Source of the DNA: Blepharisma stoltei ATCC 30299
Taxonomy: Eukaryota; Protista; Ciliophora
DNA: 64,000 nucleotides
Reading direction: 5' to 3'
Assembly: GCA_965603825.1 (NCBI GenBank)
Contig: CBFDEM010000056.1
Location: 806,001 to 870,000 of the forward strand
The notes beneath the pieces are model-generated. The model worked only from the letters and a program-made list of their open reading frames with translations, was not told where the DNA came from and did no database searches. The position numbers were made by a program, and so were the translations under genes. Numbering within the stretch: the first letter of the stretch is position 1; each line of letters begins with the position of its first letter. This document shows, piece after piece, positions 47,409-60,969 of the stretch.

Positions 47409-48599
47409 TTAAGATGATGCTTTCGCTTCTTCTTTGTGCTGTTTTCTTGCAAGTGGTCCAAAGAATGCGTATTTTTCGTCTGATGTCTGCCATCTACCAT
47501 GTCCAAACTTGCTGCTAGTATCAATGAACTTAAGTGAAATTTGTTCAGCAGCTGCTCTCGAAACGTTAGTAATCAGTGATTTCCTCAGAGTAATGACTCT
47601 CTTTCTGGTACCAATAATGGCTCCTTTGACCATTAAGAAGTCATTCTTAACAACACCATAGTGGGCGAATCCTCCCATTGGGGTGATTTTCTTTTCAGTG
47701 ATATCTTGGTCAGTGCTGCCGTTCTTTGGGTCTTCAGCCTTGCCAATTCTGTAGATCTTCTTGTTGATTTCAGTTCTGTGGTGGTATCCTCTCTGTCCAG
47801 CTCTTGGGACTGCGAAGTTGACTCTTGAAGGATGCCATGGCCCAATACAAGCGATCTTTCTCCTACCTCTGTGGGTCTTTCTCTGTAGAAGCTTAACTCC
47901 CCACCTTCTTACGACGCCACTGAATCCTTTACCCTTGCAGACTCCAATGGTATCAATCATTTCGTTTGGCTGGAAAACTTCGCTGACAGCGACCTTTTGC
48001 TCGAATTTAGCATAAGCCCAGTCAACCTTTTCTGCGATGTTAGCACCACCGTTGACCTGGATTTCCATAATGTGGGCTTTCTTTTGGGAGAAACCTACAA
48101 GCTGGGTTTGGGTGTGGGCAATGACTCTGACGACTGAGCAGTACTTCTTGATCCTGTCCAAGGCTCTTTTGATTTCAGTGCCTGACTCGTACTTGGCAGC
48201 GTACTTGACGAAGGCTCTTTTCTTGGATTTGACCCAGTTTCTGTAAAAGCGGCGCTTGCACTCTTCACTGAGATGTTGAGCCCAGACTGTGGTAAGAGCT
48301 TTGAGGCCTCTAGGGGTTTCGATGTATCCAACAAGTCCAACAATGACCATAGGAGGGGTCTCCACAATGGTGACTGCTTCAATGACTTCTTTTTGGTGAA
48401 GCTTGGAACCTGGCTTATTGACCTCACGAAGAATATGGGTCATTCCTGCCTTGTAGCCGATGAAAGCTGTAAGGTGTGGAGCCTTGCTAGGATCATCTTT
48501 AGGGAAGCTACGCACTCTGCCTCTATGATGCTTTGCTCTTTTTCTTGGGAGGAAACCAAGAGACCCATGTCTCGGACGCTCGAATTTACGGTGAGACAT
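47409..48599 (-). CDS. RPL3: 60S ribosomal protein L3 (uL3)
   Basis: [42 protein letters not shown]. Confidence 0.98.
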   Translation of the reverse strand: MSHRKFERPRHGSLGFLPRKRAKHHRGRVRSFPKDDPSKAPHLTAFIGYKAGMTHILREVNKPGSKLHQKEVIEAVTIVETPPMVIVGLVGYIETPRGLKALTTVWAQHLSEECKRRFYRNWVKSKKRAFVKYAAKYESGTEIKRALDRIKKYCSVVRVIAHTQTQLVGFSQKKAHIMEIQVNGGANIAEKVDWAYAKFEQKVAVSEVFQPNEMIDTIGVCKGKGFSGVVRRWGVKLLQRKTHRGRRKIACIGPWHPSRVNFAVPRAGQRGYHHRTEINKKIYRIGKAEDPKNGSTDQDITEKKITPMGGFAHYGVVKNDFLMVKGAIIGTRKRVITLRKSLITNVSRAAAEQISLKFIDTSSKFGHGRWQTSDEKYAFFGPLARKQHKEEAKASS

Positions 48600-49211
48600 T
48601 TATTTGTAGCCATAAGCACGTAGGTGTGAAAATATGAACATTTAAGGAAACTAAGTCTATGCAGAATTTGTGGATAGAGGTTAAAGAATGATCGTGCAAA
48701 AGAAAATAGCTTATTCAGGGTATTCAAAATTTTAATCCAGAAATAATGAAAACAACGCTAAGCGTAAAATTCATAGCTTGTCCAGCAGAATCGAACCAAA
48801 TCCTTACGTACTCTTCGCAATGATTATAAAGAGCTTGAAAAAGTATTTTACTTTAAAATTCAAGTTCTAAATGATTAAAAATAAAAAACAATGACAAGCT
48901 TGAATTTTTTAAGCACAAAGCTAAATATTTTTTTCATTTGTTAGATGCAAGAACTTTTGGAAGGATTAGCCAAAAATATTCTGCCCAATTCCCGCATCCA
49001 TTTAAATATCATAAAGCGCAAGCTATTTTTGAAATTTAATTTTCCAAATCTACTCAAGTTGCAGAATACGAAAATTCTCTTTTTTCAGATCGCTAAAATT
49101 TGGCATAAAAGCTCAGACTATGTTTTCCTCTCCAAAATTAGCAAAATTTAATTGATTTATGTTTTAATATTCACTAAGTCTTTATATAAAAACTCACAAA
49201 AATTATTTTAA

Positions 49212-50918
49212 ATGGTAGAACGTATTCAAGATTCTCTAAATTCAAGCTCGAATAGCATTATTACGAATAATAGAAACATAGAAGAAATTCTGAAGTGCTT
49301 TATTTGCTTTGAAAAAGTAATTGATGCCAAATTATGCCCATCCTGCTCAAAACTATGCTGCAATTCTTGCATCATAAAATGGTTATCTAAAAAGCCAGAA
49401 TGCCCTCATTGCAGGTCTCCTTTAAGACACCAGAATTTGGTTAATGGACGTATTGTTTCAGAAATATCACAAGCCTTAGAATCTCTTCAAGTATCTAAAC
49501 CAGAGCCAATAGAAAAATGTGCTGCACATTCAACTCCACTTTCTTATTATTGTTTGACTTGCCTTAAAGCAGTTTGTTCTGATTGTGCAATGTTTGGCTT
49601 AGAGCATAAAAATCATGAATTTCAGCGTCTTTCTACAGTTCATGAAAAACATGTAGAAATTATCAAGCATGAATCACAAATTCTTAGAAGAAGAATTTGA
49701 GAACTTTCTTCAATTTTGCAAGAAATTGATTTAAATATTGCAAAAGTAAAAAAGAGCAATGAAGAAAAGAGTAATGAATTGATTTCCTCGGTTCAGCAAA
49801 TGCAAGAAAGATTGGATTCAGAGCTAGAAAATAGGCTGCAAGTTTTAAATAAACAAAAAGAAACTTTAAGTGAAGAAATTGATCATTTGGAAAATATGCA
49901 TATTAAAATTAGCAAACAGTTAATCAATAATGCAAAAAGCAAACTTATCGCAAAAACTCCAAGAATAATCAAAACCCTAAAGGAATTGCATTTAGCCCCT
50001 TTACCTCCTTTAATACCTGTGCCCTCTGAATTTCCTTCCGAGATAATTCCTAACTACGACTCCGAAATTTTTGAAATTAACCACTACACCGTGCTCAGAT
50101 CGTCAACTGAAGTGGTTTATTCCAAAATCCTCCAATCTGACGGAGTTTCCTGAAGGCTCAAAGTATATCCAAACGGAAATGGCGTGGCTCGAGACAGCTA
50201 TCTCTCAGTATTCATAGAGATGATTAAAGGATTCCAATACTCCTCAAAATACGAGTACCGTATAGAAATGGCCAACCATTTAAGCTCAAACTTATGTGTT
50301 GCTAGAGAAAACACTTCAGAATTCGAGCCTGGAGAATGCTGAGGGTATAACCGCTTCTTTAAAATCCAGCTGCTAAAAGAAGAAGGCTATTTAAATGAAG
50401 AAGACACAATTCTACTAAGATTTTTCGTAAGAGCTACCACTTATTCACAGAAATGCAGGGACCAGAAGCATTATATTAACTATTTAGAAGCAAGCAAAAA
50501 CAATCTACAAGAACAGCTAAAAAATTACAAAGAAAAATGTGAAAAAAATGCGTCGGTTTTGGATTCTGATGAAAATCCACTAGAAAAAATAGAAGAAGAA
50601 AATTTAGAAGAGGAAAAAGATGGAGAAGAGATAGGAAAAGAAGATGAATTAGGGATATTGCAGAAACAAATTGAAATAGAGTGGAAAGTTAAAAATGAAG
50701 GAGAAGAAGTCAAAAAAGTGTCTAGAGATGAATTAAATACAGTTTTGCAGCGGTATATGATGACCCCAGAAGAGGTAAGCTCTCTAAGTTCAGAATCTGC
50801 AGAAGACTGTCAGGAGTTTGGATCTCGCAGCTGCTCTGATATTCTTCTCCATGATCTTTTAGACCCCTATGAGCCAGAAATCTCGAATTCCCATACAAAT
50901 TCTGAGCCCTTTAGGTAG
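49212..50918 (+). CDS. TRIM37: TRIM37-like E3 ligase: RING, B-box, coiled coil, MATH (568 aa)
   Basis: [22 protein letters not shown]...CPHCR; B-box CAAH...[10 protein letters not shown]; MATH GVS(W)[10 protein letters not shown]...YLSVF and FEPGEC(W)GYNRFF. TGA at 49698, 50151 and 50340. Confidence 0.93.
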
Positions 50919-50975
50919 TGCTTCTAGTCATGTTTTACATAATAAAACCATTCTAAATTATCTATAATATTTAAT

Positions 50976-52469
50976 TTATTTTCCCTTATAAGGTGAAGGT
51001 CCAAGCATTTGTTCAGGCCTTACCCACTGATTAAACTGCTCTTCCGTCAGGTATCCAAGCTTAAGTGCTGACTCTTTCAGCGTAGTCCCTTCTTTATGTG
51101 CAGTCTTCGCTATTTTAGCTGCTTTGTCATACCCAATATAAGGATTCAGTGCCGTCACAAGCATCAAGCTTTCATTCATAATCCTATTGATTTTTTCTCT
51201 ATTTGCCTGAATTCCTGACACACAATGGTCAGTAAAGCTTCTTGAGGCATCTCCAATTAGTCTGATAGACTGTAGAACATTTCTAATGATAAGAGGTTTA
51301 AATACGTTTAGCTCAAAATGCCCATTGCAGCCTCCAATTGTGACTGCAGTATGGTTTCCTATTACTTGGGCACATACCATAGTTAAAGCTTCACATTGGG
51401 TTGGGTTTACTTTACCAGGCATAATGGAAGACCCAGGCTCATTTTCAGGCAGTAATAACTCACCGAGGCCACATCGTGGCCCTGAGCCTAAAAATCTGAT
51501 GTCGTTAGCGATTTTCATAAGAGATGTGGCAACAGTATTAAGGGCGCCGCTGAAGTGAACCAAAGCATCATGTGTGGCTAACGCTTCAAATTTATTAGGA
51601 GCTGTTTGGAAAGGAAGTCCTGTTTCTCTTGCTACATCTGCAGCGAATTTTTCAGGGAAGCCTATATAAGTGTTAATCCCAGTGCCTACAGCTGTGCCGC
51701 CTTGGGCTAAGAAATAGACGTCTTCTAAGCTTCTTTCAACTCTTCTAATGCCATTTTCTACCTGTGCTGCATATCCGCTGAATTCTTGTCCAAGTGTAAT
51801 AGGTGTTGCATCTTGAGTATGAGTTCTACCAATTTTTATAATATCAGCAAACTCCTTTGACTTATCCAAAAGTGCCTGATGAAGCTTTCTGAGCCCTGGC
51901 AGTAACACCTTATGCGTTTCTACAGCAGTTGCGATATGCATTGCAGTAGGAAATGAATCATTTGAGCTTTGGCTTCTATTGACGTGGTCATTAGGATGGA
52001 CTGATTTATCACCTATTTTTCCACCTAAAATTTCGATAGCTCGGTTAGCTACGACTTCGTTGCAGTTCATATTAGACTGTGTGCCTGAGCCAGTTTGCCA
52101 GACCACTAGTGGGAAATGAGCCATAAGTTTTCCTTCTATGATTTCGTCACAAGCTTTTTGGATTGCAGAAGCGTGCTCAGCAGACAGCCCGAACTCTGTA
52201 TTTACTCTAGCAGCACATTTTTTTAGGATTCCAAAGGCTTTTATGAGAGGAGCTGGCATTCTTTCAGTTTCTCCACCAATGTCAAAGTTTTCTAGTGATC
52301 TTTGGGTTTGAGCACCCCAATATTTGTCACCTGGGACTTTGATGTCACCAAAAGTGTCTTTTTCGATGCGAAAAGTAGCGAAAGTGGCTGAGGTCTGGGC
52401 AAATGCGTACTTGCTGCTGGAAAAAAGGACTTTTGAAAAGAGAAGCTTATTTGCTCTAGCCAAAAGCAT
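50976..52469 (-). CDS. FH: Class II fumarate hydratase, mitochondrial precursor
   Basis: [32 protein letters not shown], signature [15 protein letters not shown]; N-terminal presequence. Confidence 0.97.
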   Translation of the reverse strand: MLLARANKLLFSKVLFSSSKYAFAQTSATFATFRIEKDTFGDIKVPGDKYWGAQTQRSLENFDIGGETERMPAPLIKAFGILKKCAARVNTEFGLSAEHASAIQKACDEIIEGKLMAHFPLVVWQTGSGTQSNMNCNEVVANRAIEILGGKIGDKSVHPNDHVNRSQSSNDSFPTAMHIATAVETHKVLLPGLRKLHQALLDKSKEFADIIKIGRTHTQDATPITLGQEFSGYAAQVENGIRRVERSLEDVYFLAQGGTAVGTGINTYIGFPEKFAADVARETGLPFQTAPNKFEALATHDALVHFSGALNTVATSLMKIANDIRFLGSGPRCGLGELLLPENEPGSSIMPGKVNPTQCEALTMVCAQVIGNHTAVTIGGCNGHFELNVFKPLIIRNVLQSIRLIGDASRSFTDHCVSGIQANREKINRIMNESLMLVTALNPYIGYDKAAKIAKTAHKEGTTLKESALKLGYLTEEQFNQWVRPEQMLGPSPYKGK

Positions 52470-52592
52470 TATTTATTATATCCATTATTTATTCATAATT
52501 AGATTTGTAGTAATTTTTAGATTTATTTAAAGATTATTTTAATTTTCACTTACATAAAACAGATATTAATATTCCCATTATATTAAATAAAA

Positions 52593-53696
52593 ATGCGTTT
52601 AATTTTTATCATCAGTGCTGCAACTGTATGTCTTTCTATTATTGAACTAATAAGCCATGAGCAACTAGAAAGCACTGGCGCATACATAATTGAAGAAATC
52701 CAAAAGGACAGAAGTGAGGGAACTGATGAGCTATTTTTGATGATTGGGTCAGTCACAAGCATTTGCTTCTTTCTTATCAGTGGTATTTGCTACTTAACTG
52801 GATATAAAGAAATAGGATTACTAGGAATTTTTGGAAGCCAGCTGGGTGCTGCATTCTCTGGTGTTCTGAAATCTGCCTTTGCTCACCCACGGCCGTTTTG
52901 GAAATACTCAGAAATTGACGCTCTTCAATGCTCAAAAGACTTTGGGGCTCCGTCAGGCCATGCTATGTCAGCTGGTGGTAGTTTATTTGTATTAGGATAT
53001 ATATGAATGAAAAATACCGACCGATGATATATAAAACTTTTTATTATAATTATGATCTCTATTATTACAGCCTACGACAGACTGTATTTAGGCGTTCACT
53101 TTTATTTTCAAATAATCCTTGGCTATGCTTTTGCCTTACTAATTTCTGCAATAATTGTCCATCCTTCAAGCATAAATTTACTTCAAAAATTTGGCAATGA
53201 TAAGGAATTATTAATAAAAAGCCAAATAACATGACTTTTATTATTGGTTTTTTCTACAATTTTTTGTTTGTGTAGAAGTCCTGATTGAGATGAATCGTGG
53301 TCTATTAATTATGAAAAAGCATGTGGAAATAGTTTTGCGATTGAAGATGTGATTATTAAGAATACTGCAGATTCTTATGTCTTTAGCTTGTTGGGAGGAT
53401 TAACAATGGGGCATTATCTGCAAAAAGAGAAAGGGGTGCCTGAGTTCTCACTTCTAGCAATAATTATATCTGGATTTTTGCATTTGGGGTTTATCAATAT
53501 ATGCCTTAAGATGATAGAAGGATATATCTCGCTGAGCACAAGCAATTTTTTAGGTTGAATTTTATTATTCATCACAAGATACAGTTGTGGAATAATTTAT
53601 GCGTACTTTTTACCTGAGATAATTTTTAAGCTATTTAGAAAAAATGAAGCTTTAGAGCAAAGATTTTCAGTGTTGACTTTTAAAATCAAAGTATAG
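52593..53696 (+). CDS. PAP2-family membrane phosphatase (367 aa, 5 TGA=Trp)
   Basis: C1 KSAFAHPRPFW, C2 PSGH, C3 DRLYLGVHFYFQIILG. TGA at 53004, 53025, 53232, 53286 and 53556; TAG at 53694. Confidence 0.85.
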
Positions 53697-54178
53697 TAAT
53701 ATAGCTAAGATTATATAAAGACGAATAACAATTTTGTTTAACAAATATTTATATGTATTAATTCTTTACAAAATCTTTACAAAATTTATCCATTTTATAA
53801 TATTTATATTAATAAGAAATCAAAATTAATATTCATTCCAAAATTAAACCCCAAATGTAAAAGTAATAAAAAGAGACACAAATATTTTTTGAAAAAAACT
53901 TAAAATAAAAAAATATCATTAATCGTATGTTATTCACAAAATAAATCACTCTATCTCAGTTTCTAACGCCTAGTCTTAAAATCCTAAAAGCTTTTTAAAA
54001 TGGAAAAAAAATTAGTAGTTAAGAAATTTAAGATGGGCAAATCTAAGACTCCACCAATTCGCGCAATATTTATTGAAAGCGATTATGCCTCCATTAAATT
54101 TAGCAATTTTAATATAATCCATTGCGTTTTTTAGAGTCTTATTTGGCTCATTATGCGTTTATTATATTTCTAAATAAT

Positions 54179-55141
54179 ATGGGCTGCAATTTTTCACACA
54201 TAGAGAGAGACATAATTGGCTCTAACAAAGAAGAAGAAATTATCCGCAGCTGAGAAAAGGCTTTGAATTTTTATACCTTAAAAGACGATGAATTTCTTCG
54301 AGCTATAGATGGCAGACAAGACGATGATGGGCTTATTCATATAAATTCACTATGAGATTTATTTTATCTCTGCAATTTCCCTGCACACTCTTTCCCTGTA
54401 AATACAGGCCCAGTTAGCATTTTTTACAAAACAATTAGAAAAAACGACAAAATTGACGCACGGAAGCTGATGACTTTAATAATCTTGACCTCTTCATTTA
54501 CAGACAAAACAAAAGCTCAACTTATATTTAAGGTGTATAGGGAAGACAAAACTTTTATGAAAGAAAAAATCCTTGAGAGGCTTTTAATTGATTTATCGAA
54601 CATATCAATTAACCTTATATGGATGGCTCTAGGAAAACAGCCAGGACAATTATCAAGAGAAATCTTGATGAGGTATGAAGGAAAGCTTGAGCAAGGTCAG
54701 CTGAGCTTTATTTATAAGCTCAAACACTTAATAATTGACTCTGACTATTTGGCTACTGAAAAAGGATTTCTTAATAGAATTGGAAAATATCCAAAAATTT
54801 TATCACCTTCTGGTATTCGGAAATTTATATTGAAGGAGATCAAAGAAGATTCTTTATTAAGCCCGAAAAAGCCATATATAAGACTAATGTCTATTAAAAC
54901 AAGTGATACACTTGACGATATAACTGAGAATGATAGGGGTAACAAGAGGCTAAATATAGATTTTAACAGTAGGATTTCGAGGCATCAGAGCAAAAGCTCA
55001 AATCATGTGTCTGACTCAGGTAAATTGTCAAGTAAAGTGGATGAAAGGTATTTGAAAAATTCATTGATGATGAAGAAAATAGTAGAAGCTTATCTTAGTA
55101 ATTTGAAGACTGCTATAAAAATTTGGAAAAATATGAATTAA
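54179..55141 (+). CDS. N-acylated (MGC) protein with degenerate EF-hand-like region (320 aa)
   Basis: ATG 54179 (MGCNFS) reads through two TGA into ORF 54470..55141; DKTKAQLIFKVY is recoverin/calcineurin-B-like. Confidence 0.62.
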
Positions 55142-55451
55142 GGAGAATATGCAAGCTTTTTCTATTAAATTAAATAGCATAAATTTATGCTATTTAAATT
55201 ATTTTAATCTCTAAATAACCTTATTTTTCATGCCTAATTCTTAAGTACATTAAAGAAAGTCTATTATTGAAATAGAAAATGCTATTTTAAGGTATGATAT
55301 CTGAAAACTTTTTATTCCCGCCAATTATTAAAGCAAAATCTCTGATTGAAACTCATTTTTACAAAAATTATTCAAAAATCTTTCATAATTCTCAATATAT
55401 GTTTATATCTGAGTTGCAATGCCCGATTTTAAATTTTCATAATACTTTTAA

Positions 55452-58400
55452 ATGGTTGAAGACTCAAATGTATGGTCAGCTCTTGGAACCTGCATTTCTC
55501 GGTGCTTAGAAAGCAAGCGTGGAATTGTAATTCCTAGTCTTGGTACTTTTACCTTTACCTCTCAAGTTTCATTAGAAGGAGTTACGAGCCCTAATTTACG
55601 AGATCGTGATGATCGTTTACCTGTTTTTATTGCAACCCCCGATCTGGCTCCGAACGTCAGAGCAGGTATATCTCATCAATCAGGCATTAGGCCATTTTCA
55701 GCTAAAGGAATCAGTGGAAAAGTCCCTACAACCAAGCTGAATTACGCTGAATTCGCCATCTTGACGAATTCAACCAAAGATGAAGGCAAAAACAAGGTAG
55801 ACGAAGCCATAAGACATCTAGGGGAATCACTAAAAGCAGGAAAAGACATAAGAATCCCTATAGAAGGAGTAGGCAGTTTAGTAGGGAAAAATGGAATCGT
55901 GGCAGTTGTATTTCATAAAAAATATGAGCCCAATCCAGCTGCAATGACTGTTACAGAAGATGGGGCAAATTGGCTAAAATCTAATTTAGGCATTGATATT
56001 ACAAGGCCGAATTCAAGTAGGACTGAAAGGGTGCCGAAATTTCAGAATCCAAAAGGAAGACCTTTGACGGCAGGGGCTAGACAAATAAGAAGCAGTTCAC
56101 AAAGGCCGATATCAAGCAACTCAGAATTTTTGCAAGAAGACGAGACAACAAGGCTTGATAGGCTGCAAGGCATAGAGCCAAAAATGAGGCCTTATTCAGC
56201 TACTAATCTCAATACGCTTAAAAAGTTTGAATCAGCTGTAAGACCGCAATCTGAGCAATTTCCAAGGCCTCAGCAGTCACAGTCAGCTTGAATTTTGACA
56301 CCTCAAGAGTCCCCACTCAACATAGTCCGGCCTCCTTTGCATTCAAAATCTTCTATCTCCCTTAACGAGTCAAGCCAAGTTGGAAACTTTTTAACCGAAA
56401 ACCAAGCCAAATATATTTTGACTTGCCAGTCTAAAGACCAGTCAAATAGAGGAATTTTGCCTTATGACGATTTTGTCCAGGTGCTTAGGATGCTAGAAAT
56501 CCCAAACCTCACAGAAGAAGCTATAAATAAACTTATTTTGATAACAGGCTGCAGAAGTGCCAATAAAATCAGGTATATTGATTTTATAGACGCATTAACA
56601 AAAAAATCATCATTTAAAAAAACCAATGGAAAAGGATCGGTCGCTTCAGATTTTACTGCAAATTATAACAGAAATTCAATTATGCCCATTGTAAATTTAA
56701 TTTGGGATAAAAAATTAGTTATAGCTGAGCTCTCTGGGAGTGGCGGGATGAGACCTAGGGTAGCTTTAATTCCATCTGAGCTATTAGCGCTGCTAAAAAA
56801 AGCAGGGATTCAAATAAATATTCATCAATTAAAAGCAATTTTAAGGGAAGGGAATATGACTTCTGCATCAGCACTTGATTTGTTGAAATTGGTAAAAGAT
56901 TTTATAAATCCTGCGTCAGATTCTTCTGTATTAAGCGATATAATGAGCGAAGCAAAGTTTTCAAGGCCGAACTCAGCTGTAGTTTACGACGACCAGCTTG
57001 AAAAAATCAGGAATTTTTTAAGAAATTATGATCTACAAGAAGTTTATAACGAAATCAGTGAAGGCGGCACTCTTAATGCTGAGCAGTTTATTTCATTTAT
57101 ATGTGAAAAAAGTGAAGGAAGAATCAAAGGCCACGAGGCCCACAAAGCATTTTTATTAGCAAGCCAAGGAATCGATACTATAGCTGAGGTCGATTTTTGT
57201 AGAGCTTTTCAAATATACCAGCAGCCTAAACATATTGAAAACAGAGGGATGATTAAGCTAAAACACTGGCTTAGAAACGCAAAAATCACAACTGAACAAG
57301 GTTTTCAGCACCTTTTACAAGCGGCCAGCTCTGCTGATACCTTAGACAGAGAACAGTGGAAAATAGCAATGAGGGAGTTTGACTTTAATGCTTATGAAGC
57401 TGAAATATTATTTGACGCTTTAGATGTAAAACATGATAACGTCATTGATCTTGCAGAATGGATAAATAGGATTTATGAAGAAGCTGGGCCTTTACAAAGC
57501 TTAAGAGACACCTTTATAGGACACAATTTAAGCGCTGAAGACTTATTAATTAAACTTAATGCCCAAGGCAAACAAAGGCTGAGTATTGAAGAAATGGCGA
57601 ATGCGCTGCAAAGAATGGACCCAACTCTGACAACTGGAAATGCAGTCGATATGGCTCGAGCGGCTTCAGGGAAAAAAGGGTATGTGGATATTCAAGATTT
57701 TCTGGTTCAAATTTCGCAGAAGCCATTTGAGTTTGAAGGGGATTGGAAAAAACAAATTCTCAGAAAAATCCAACTAAAAATCAGTGGAGATATAGCTTCT
57801 TTTAAAAAAATTTTTGAAGAATGTGATGAAAGAAACACAGGGAAACTACCTATGTCTACATTTCAAGATTGCATATACAAAGCTAACGCTGGTCTTAATG
57901 AAATTGAAATTGACAGGCTAGGACGAGTTCTTGACAATGGCCAACATTTAGTTGACTACACTGAATTTCTTGATCACCTTGAAGGGCCACTTTTGCCACC
58001 TCAAGACCCCTTAAAATCAACCATTATCCGTATCCAAGTCTTCATGAAGCAAAATGGCCTAACCCACAGCAAGCTATTAAAAAAAATGGGAAAGCATGTA
58101 AGTGTCCAGACTTTCGCTGATTTTATATCGAGGAAACTGCAGAAAAAGCTGGATAAATCCACTATTTATGAAGTCGCTAACAAGTTTGATGTAAATAAAG
58201 ATGGATTTATTGATATCCACGATCTCAATGCTACACTTTCTGGGAAGTCTTTTAAAGACATAAATAGTGAAAAATCATTCCCAGCCCAAAGACTAGCCCC
58301 AGATAGGGCAAAATCTGTAATAAAAGATATAAGAAGAGCTCTAGTTGCAAAAAGAATGAGCTATTATGATGCTTTTAGGGCTTTTGATGCAGAAAATAAT

Positions 58401-60311
58401 GGAGTTTTATCTGCCCAGGAGTTTTATGATGGGCTGGACAAAATAATTGAGCTTTCTCAGCCGGTAAAAGATGGACTTTTTGCTATTATGGATAAACAAA
58501 GCATAGGGATCGTGACTCGTGAGAGTTTTATTGCTGTCTTAAAAGACACAAATATAGAGCCATCTGTGTTTGGAGACTCGTGGGGATGGGAAAATGAGAC
58601 TTTAACCAAAATAAGGCAGTGGATTTATAAAGAAAATTTGACTGTTGAAGAAGCTTTTAGGGCTTTTGATAAGGATTTTGATGGGGTTATCAATAAAAAA
58701 GACCTTGAAAAGGCTTTGGTAGATGTTCTTAAATTGGAAGAAAGAGAATGCTACTCAAGCAAAGTAGATAGGCTTTATAAACTTCTAGATACTTATAAGA
58801 GAAATTCTATACAGCTATCTGATTTCAAACTGCTTTTTGAAGAAAACAGAAGTCCAGAATGAAAAGAAAGTGCAAAGCAGCAACTTGGACTATTTTTGTC
58901 AAAAAATTATAGTGACATACATGAGTCATTTGAGACGATAGGCGAAATGACTGGTAAAATCACATTAGACCAGTTCATCTCTTGAATAGAAAAGAAGCAA
59001 GTCCTAAACGGCTTCAACCTGACCCCAAACCTTCTCCGAGAACTTTTTACATATTTCGATCCTCACCGCAAAGGTTACTTAACGGAGCAAGATTGATTCC
59101 ATGCAGGAGGTAACATAAGCCATATAAAGCAAAACGTTCAAGAAATTAAAGACGCTATTAGAAGCAATTTTGCTGATGTAAATTCTGCATATGAGTATTT
59201 CCTAAGCTACCACAACTCAATTTCCCAAAATATCCTCTACCAAGAGTTTGAGCAAGCCATTCAAGCTTTAATCCCTAACAGATTTAAAGCTGCTGACATC
59301 AAAAAAGCCTGGGACTCAATTTCCAAAGAAGCCTCTATCTCAGAATCCGACTTCAAACGGCTATTCGATGATGGGCACTTTATGAGCACTTTTTCCCTAT
59401 CAAAATCCTCCCACAATTTCACTAAAACAGCCAGTTCAAATTCAAAATTAACGACATCCCTGTCAATTTCTTCATATAACTCTGACACCGATCCACTAAA
59501 AAAACTGCAAAAATTGATAAAAGCGAGTCCTTTTACTGTTGAAGAAATTTTTAAACAAATGGATACTGATGCGTCTGGGAAACTTTCAGCGATTGAGTTC
59601 AGAAATGCAATGAGAAAGCTTGGGCTTGGCCTGACAGCAAGAGATATAGAGCTGGTTGTATCAAGAATTGATACAAATAACGACGGGCTAATAGACTGGC
59701 AAGAGTTTTCAAGGCATTTTAAAGATACAGAAGCAGAAAGCCATATAAAGGCAGCATCTAGCTTAAGACTAAACACACTTAAAGACCATATGAGCCATTA
59801 CATGCTGTCTCCAAAAGACGCTTTTGAACAATTTGACACACAGAGATCAGGCAAGCTCTCCTTTAATGCTTTTTCTGCCTTAATAAAGCGACTCTGTGAG
59901 CTTGCCAATGAGCCATTTCCCCCTTTTAATGTGATAAAAGACCTTTTCGATATCATAGATATCCGAAAAGATGGGTTTTTAGACATGAGGGAGTGGCTTA
60001 ACACCTTTAAATTAAGCAAAACAGACAGCTGGGAGGACTCAAAGTTATTTGAAGACGTCAGTAAATTAATTGCAAGAAACAGAAAACTCTTGCAATTGAC
60101 CTTTGAAATTGTAGCAAAAGATGGGAGAGTTGAGTATAACCAAGCCAGAGAAATATTAGGAAGTGTATTAAAAGAGGTCAGGCTAAATGAAGAGCAGTGG
60201 AAAAGTACATTGGGAGTTGCTATGAGGAGCGGGATGGTGGATTATAGGTTTTTACTGGAAGTATATAAAGAAAGGGCTGTCACAAAGCAGTCACATCCAA
60301 AACCTTTATAA
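55452..60311 (+). CDS. Large multi-EF-hand protein with N-terminal tandem HU-CCDC81 domains (1619 aa)
   Basis: Three ORFs share one frame across 4 TGA. HU-CCDC81-like VWSALG...KRGIVIPSLGTFTF and KLNYAEFA...IPIEGVGSL; EF loops such as DVNKDGFID, DKDFDGVIN, DTDASGKLS and DTNNDGLID. Confidence 0.85.
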
Positions 60312-60349
60312 GTGTCTTTTAAATCATATTAGAAATAATTTTAATAAAA

Positions 60350-60736
60350 ATGATGACCAGCCAGGAGGAAGAAGATGCAAGAGTTATAAATAAGCTGAAT
60401 GATGAGTTTTTCAGAGGACTTTTCTTAGAAAGAGATAGAAAATGCATTGCGTGGAATGGAGAAGATATGGATACTTATTTGTGCAGAGAAATATACCCAG
60501 CATTGGTACCTGCTTTGGAAGAGCTTTCTAAAGAAATAGAGAGATATATGAGAGATGGCAGCAGCATTGACATAAGAATTAAATCAAGGTTTAATCCTTG
60601 TAGGTGGCTTGCACAGTTTTTGATGAGAAATAACCCAAAATTTGGACAAAATCCAGGAATAACGGCTGATTATAACTCAAAAGCATATTTAAATGCTGCA
60701 ACAAAAACTATAAAAGCAATGAATCAGGAAAGATAA
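60350..60736 (+). CDS. Small DD/Dpy-30-like (IQCK/EFCAB5-type) protein (128 aa)
   Basis: TYLCREIYPALVPALEEL...RFNPCRWLAQFLMRNNP. Confidence 0.7.
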   Translation: MMTSQEEEDARVINKLNDEFFRGLFLERDRKCIAWNGEDMDTYLCREIYPALVPALEELSKEIERYMRDGSSIDIRIKSRFNPCRWLAQFLMRNNPKFGQNPGITADYNSKAYLNAATKTIKAMNQER

Positions 60737-60969
60737 ACTAAGGAATATTTTAGATATTATGAGAGCTAATTGGAAACAATTAAGAAATTAAAATTATAAT
60801 TTAAAAGAACATGGTAGAACTTTATAATGTTGCAGATAGCCAAATTTCATATTTGAGAATACTAAATAATTCTTTTCAGTTTGTATTAAAGATGAGCTTT
60901 TTATAAGATCATCCTAATTAATCTCTTTTTCCATCTCTTAATATATTTAATTTTAAATAAACAACAAAA

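Noticed and set aside
48771-48830. GGTTCGATTC (T-loop/B-box-like) on the minus strand upstream of RPL3, suggesting a tRNA
   Set aside because: The flanks do not form a T-stem, and I could not build an acceptor, D or anticodon arm. tRNAscan-SE would settle it.
60725-60790. Possible +1 frameshift at AGA-TAA extending the DD-domain protein (DKLRNILDIMRANWKQLRN)
   Set aside because: The extension is only ~19 codons with no homology support, and no other gene in the window needs a frameshift.
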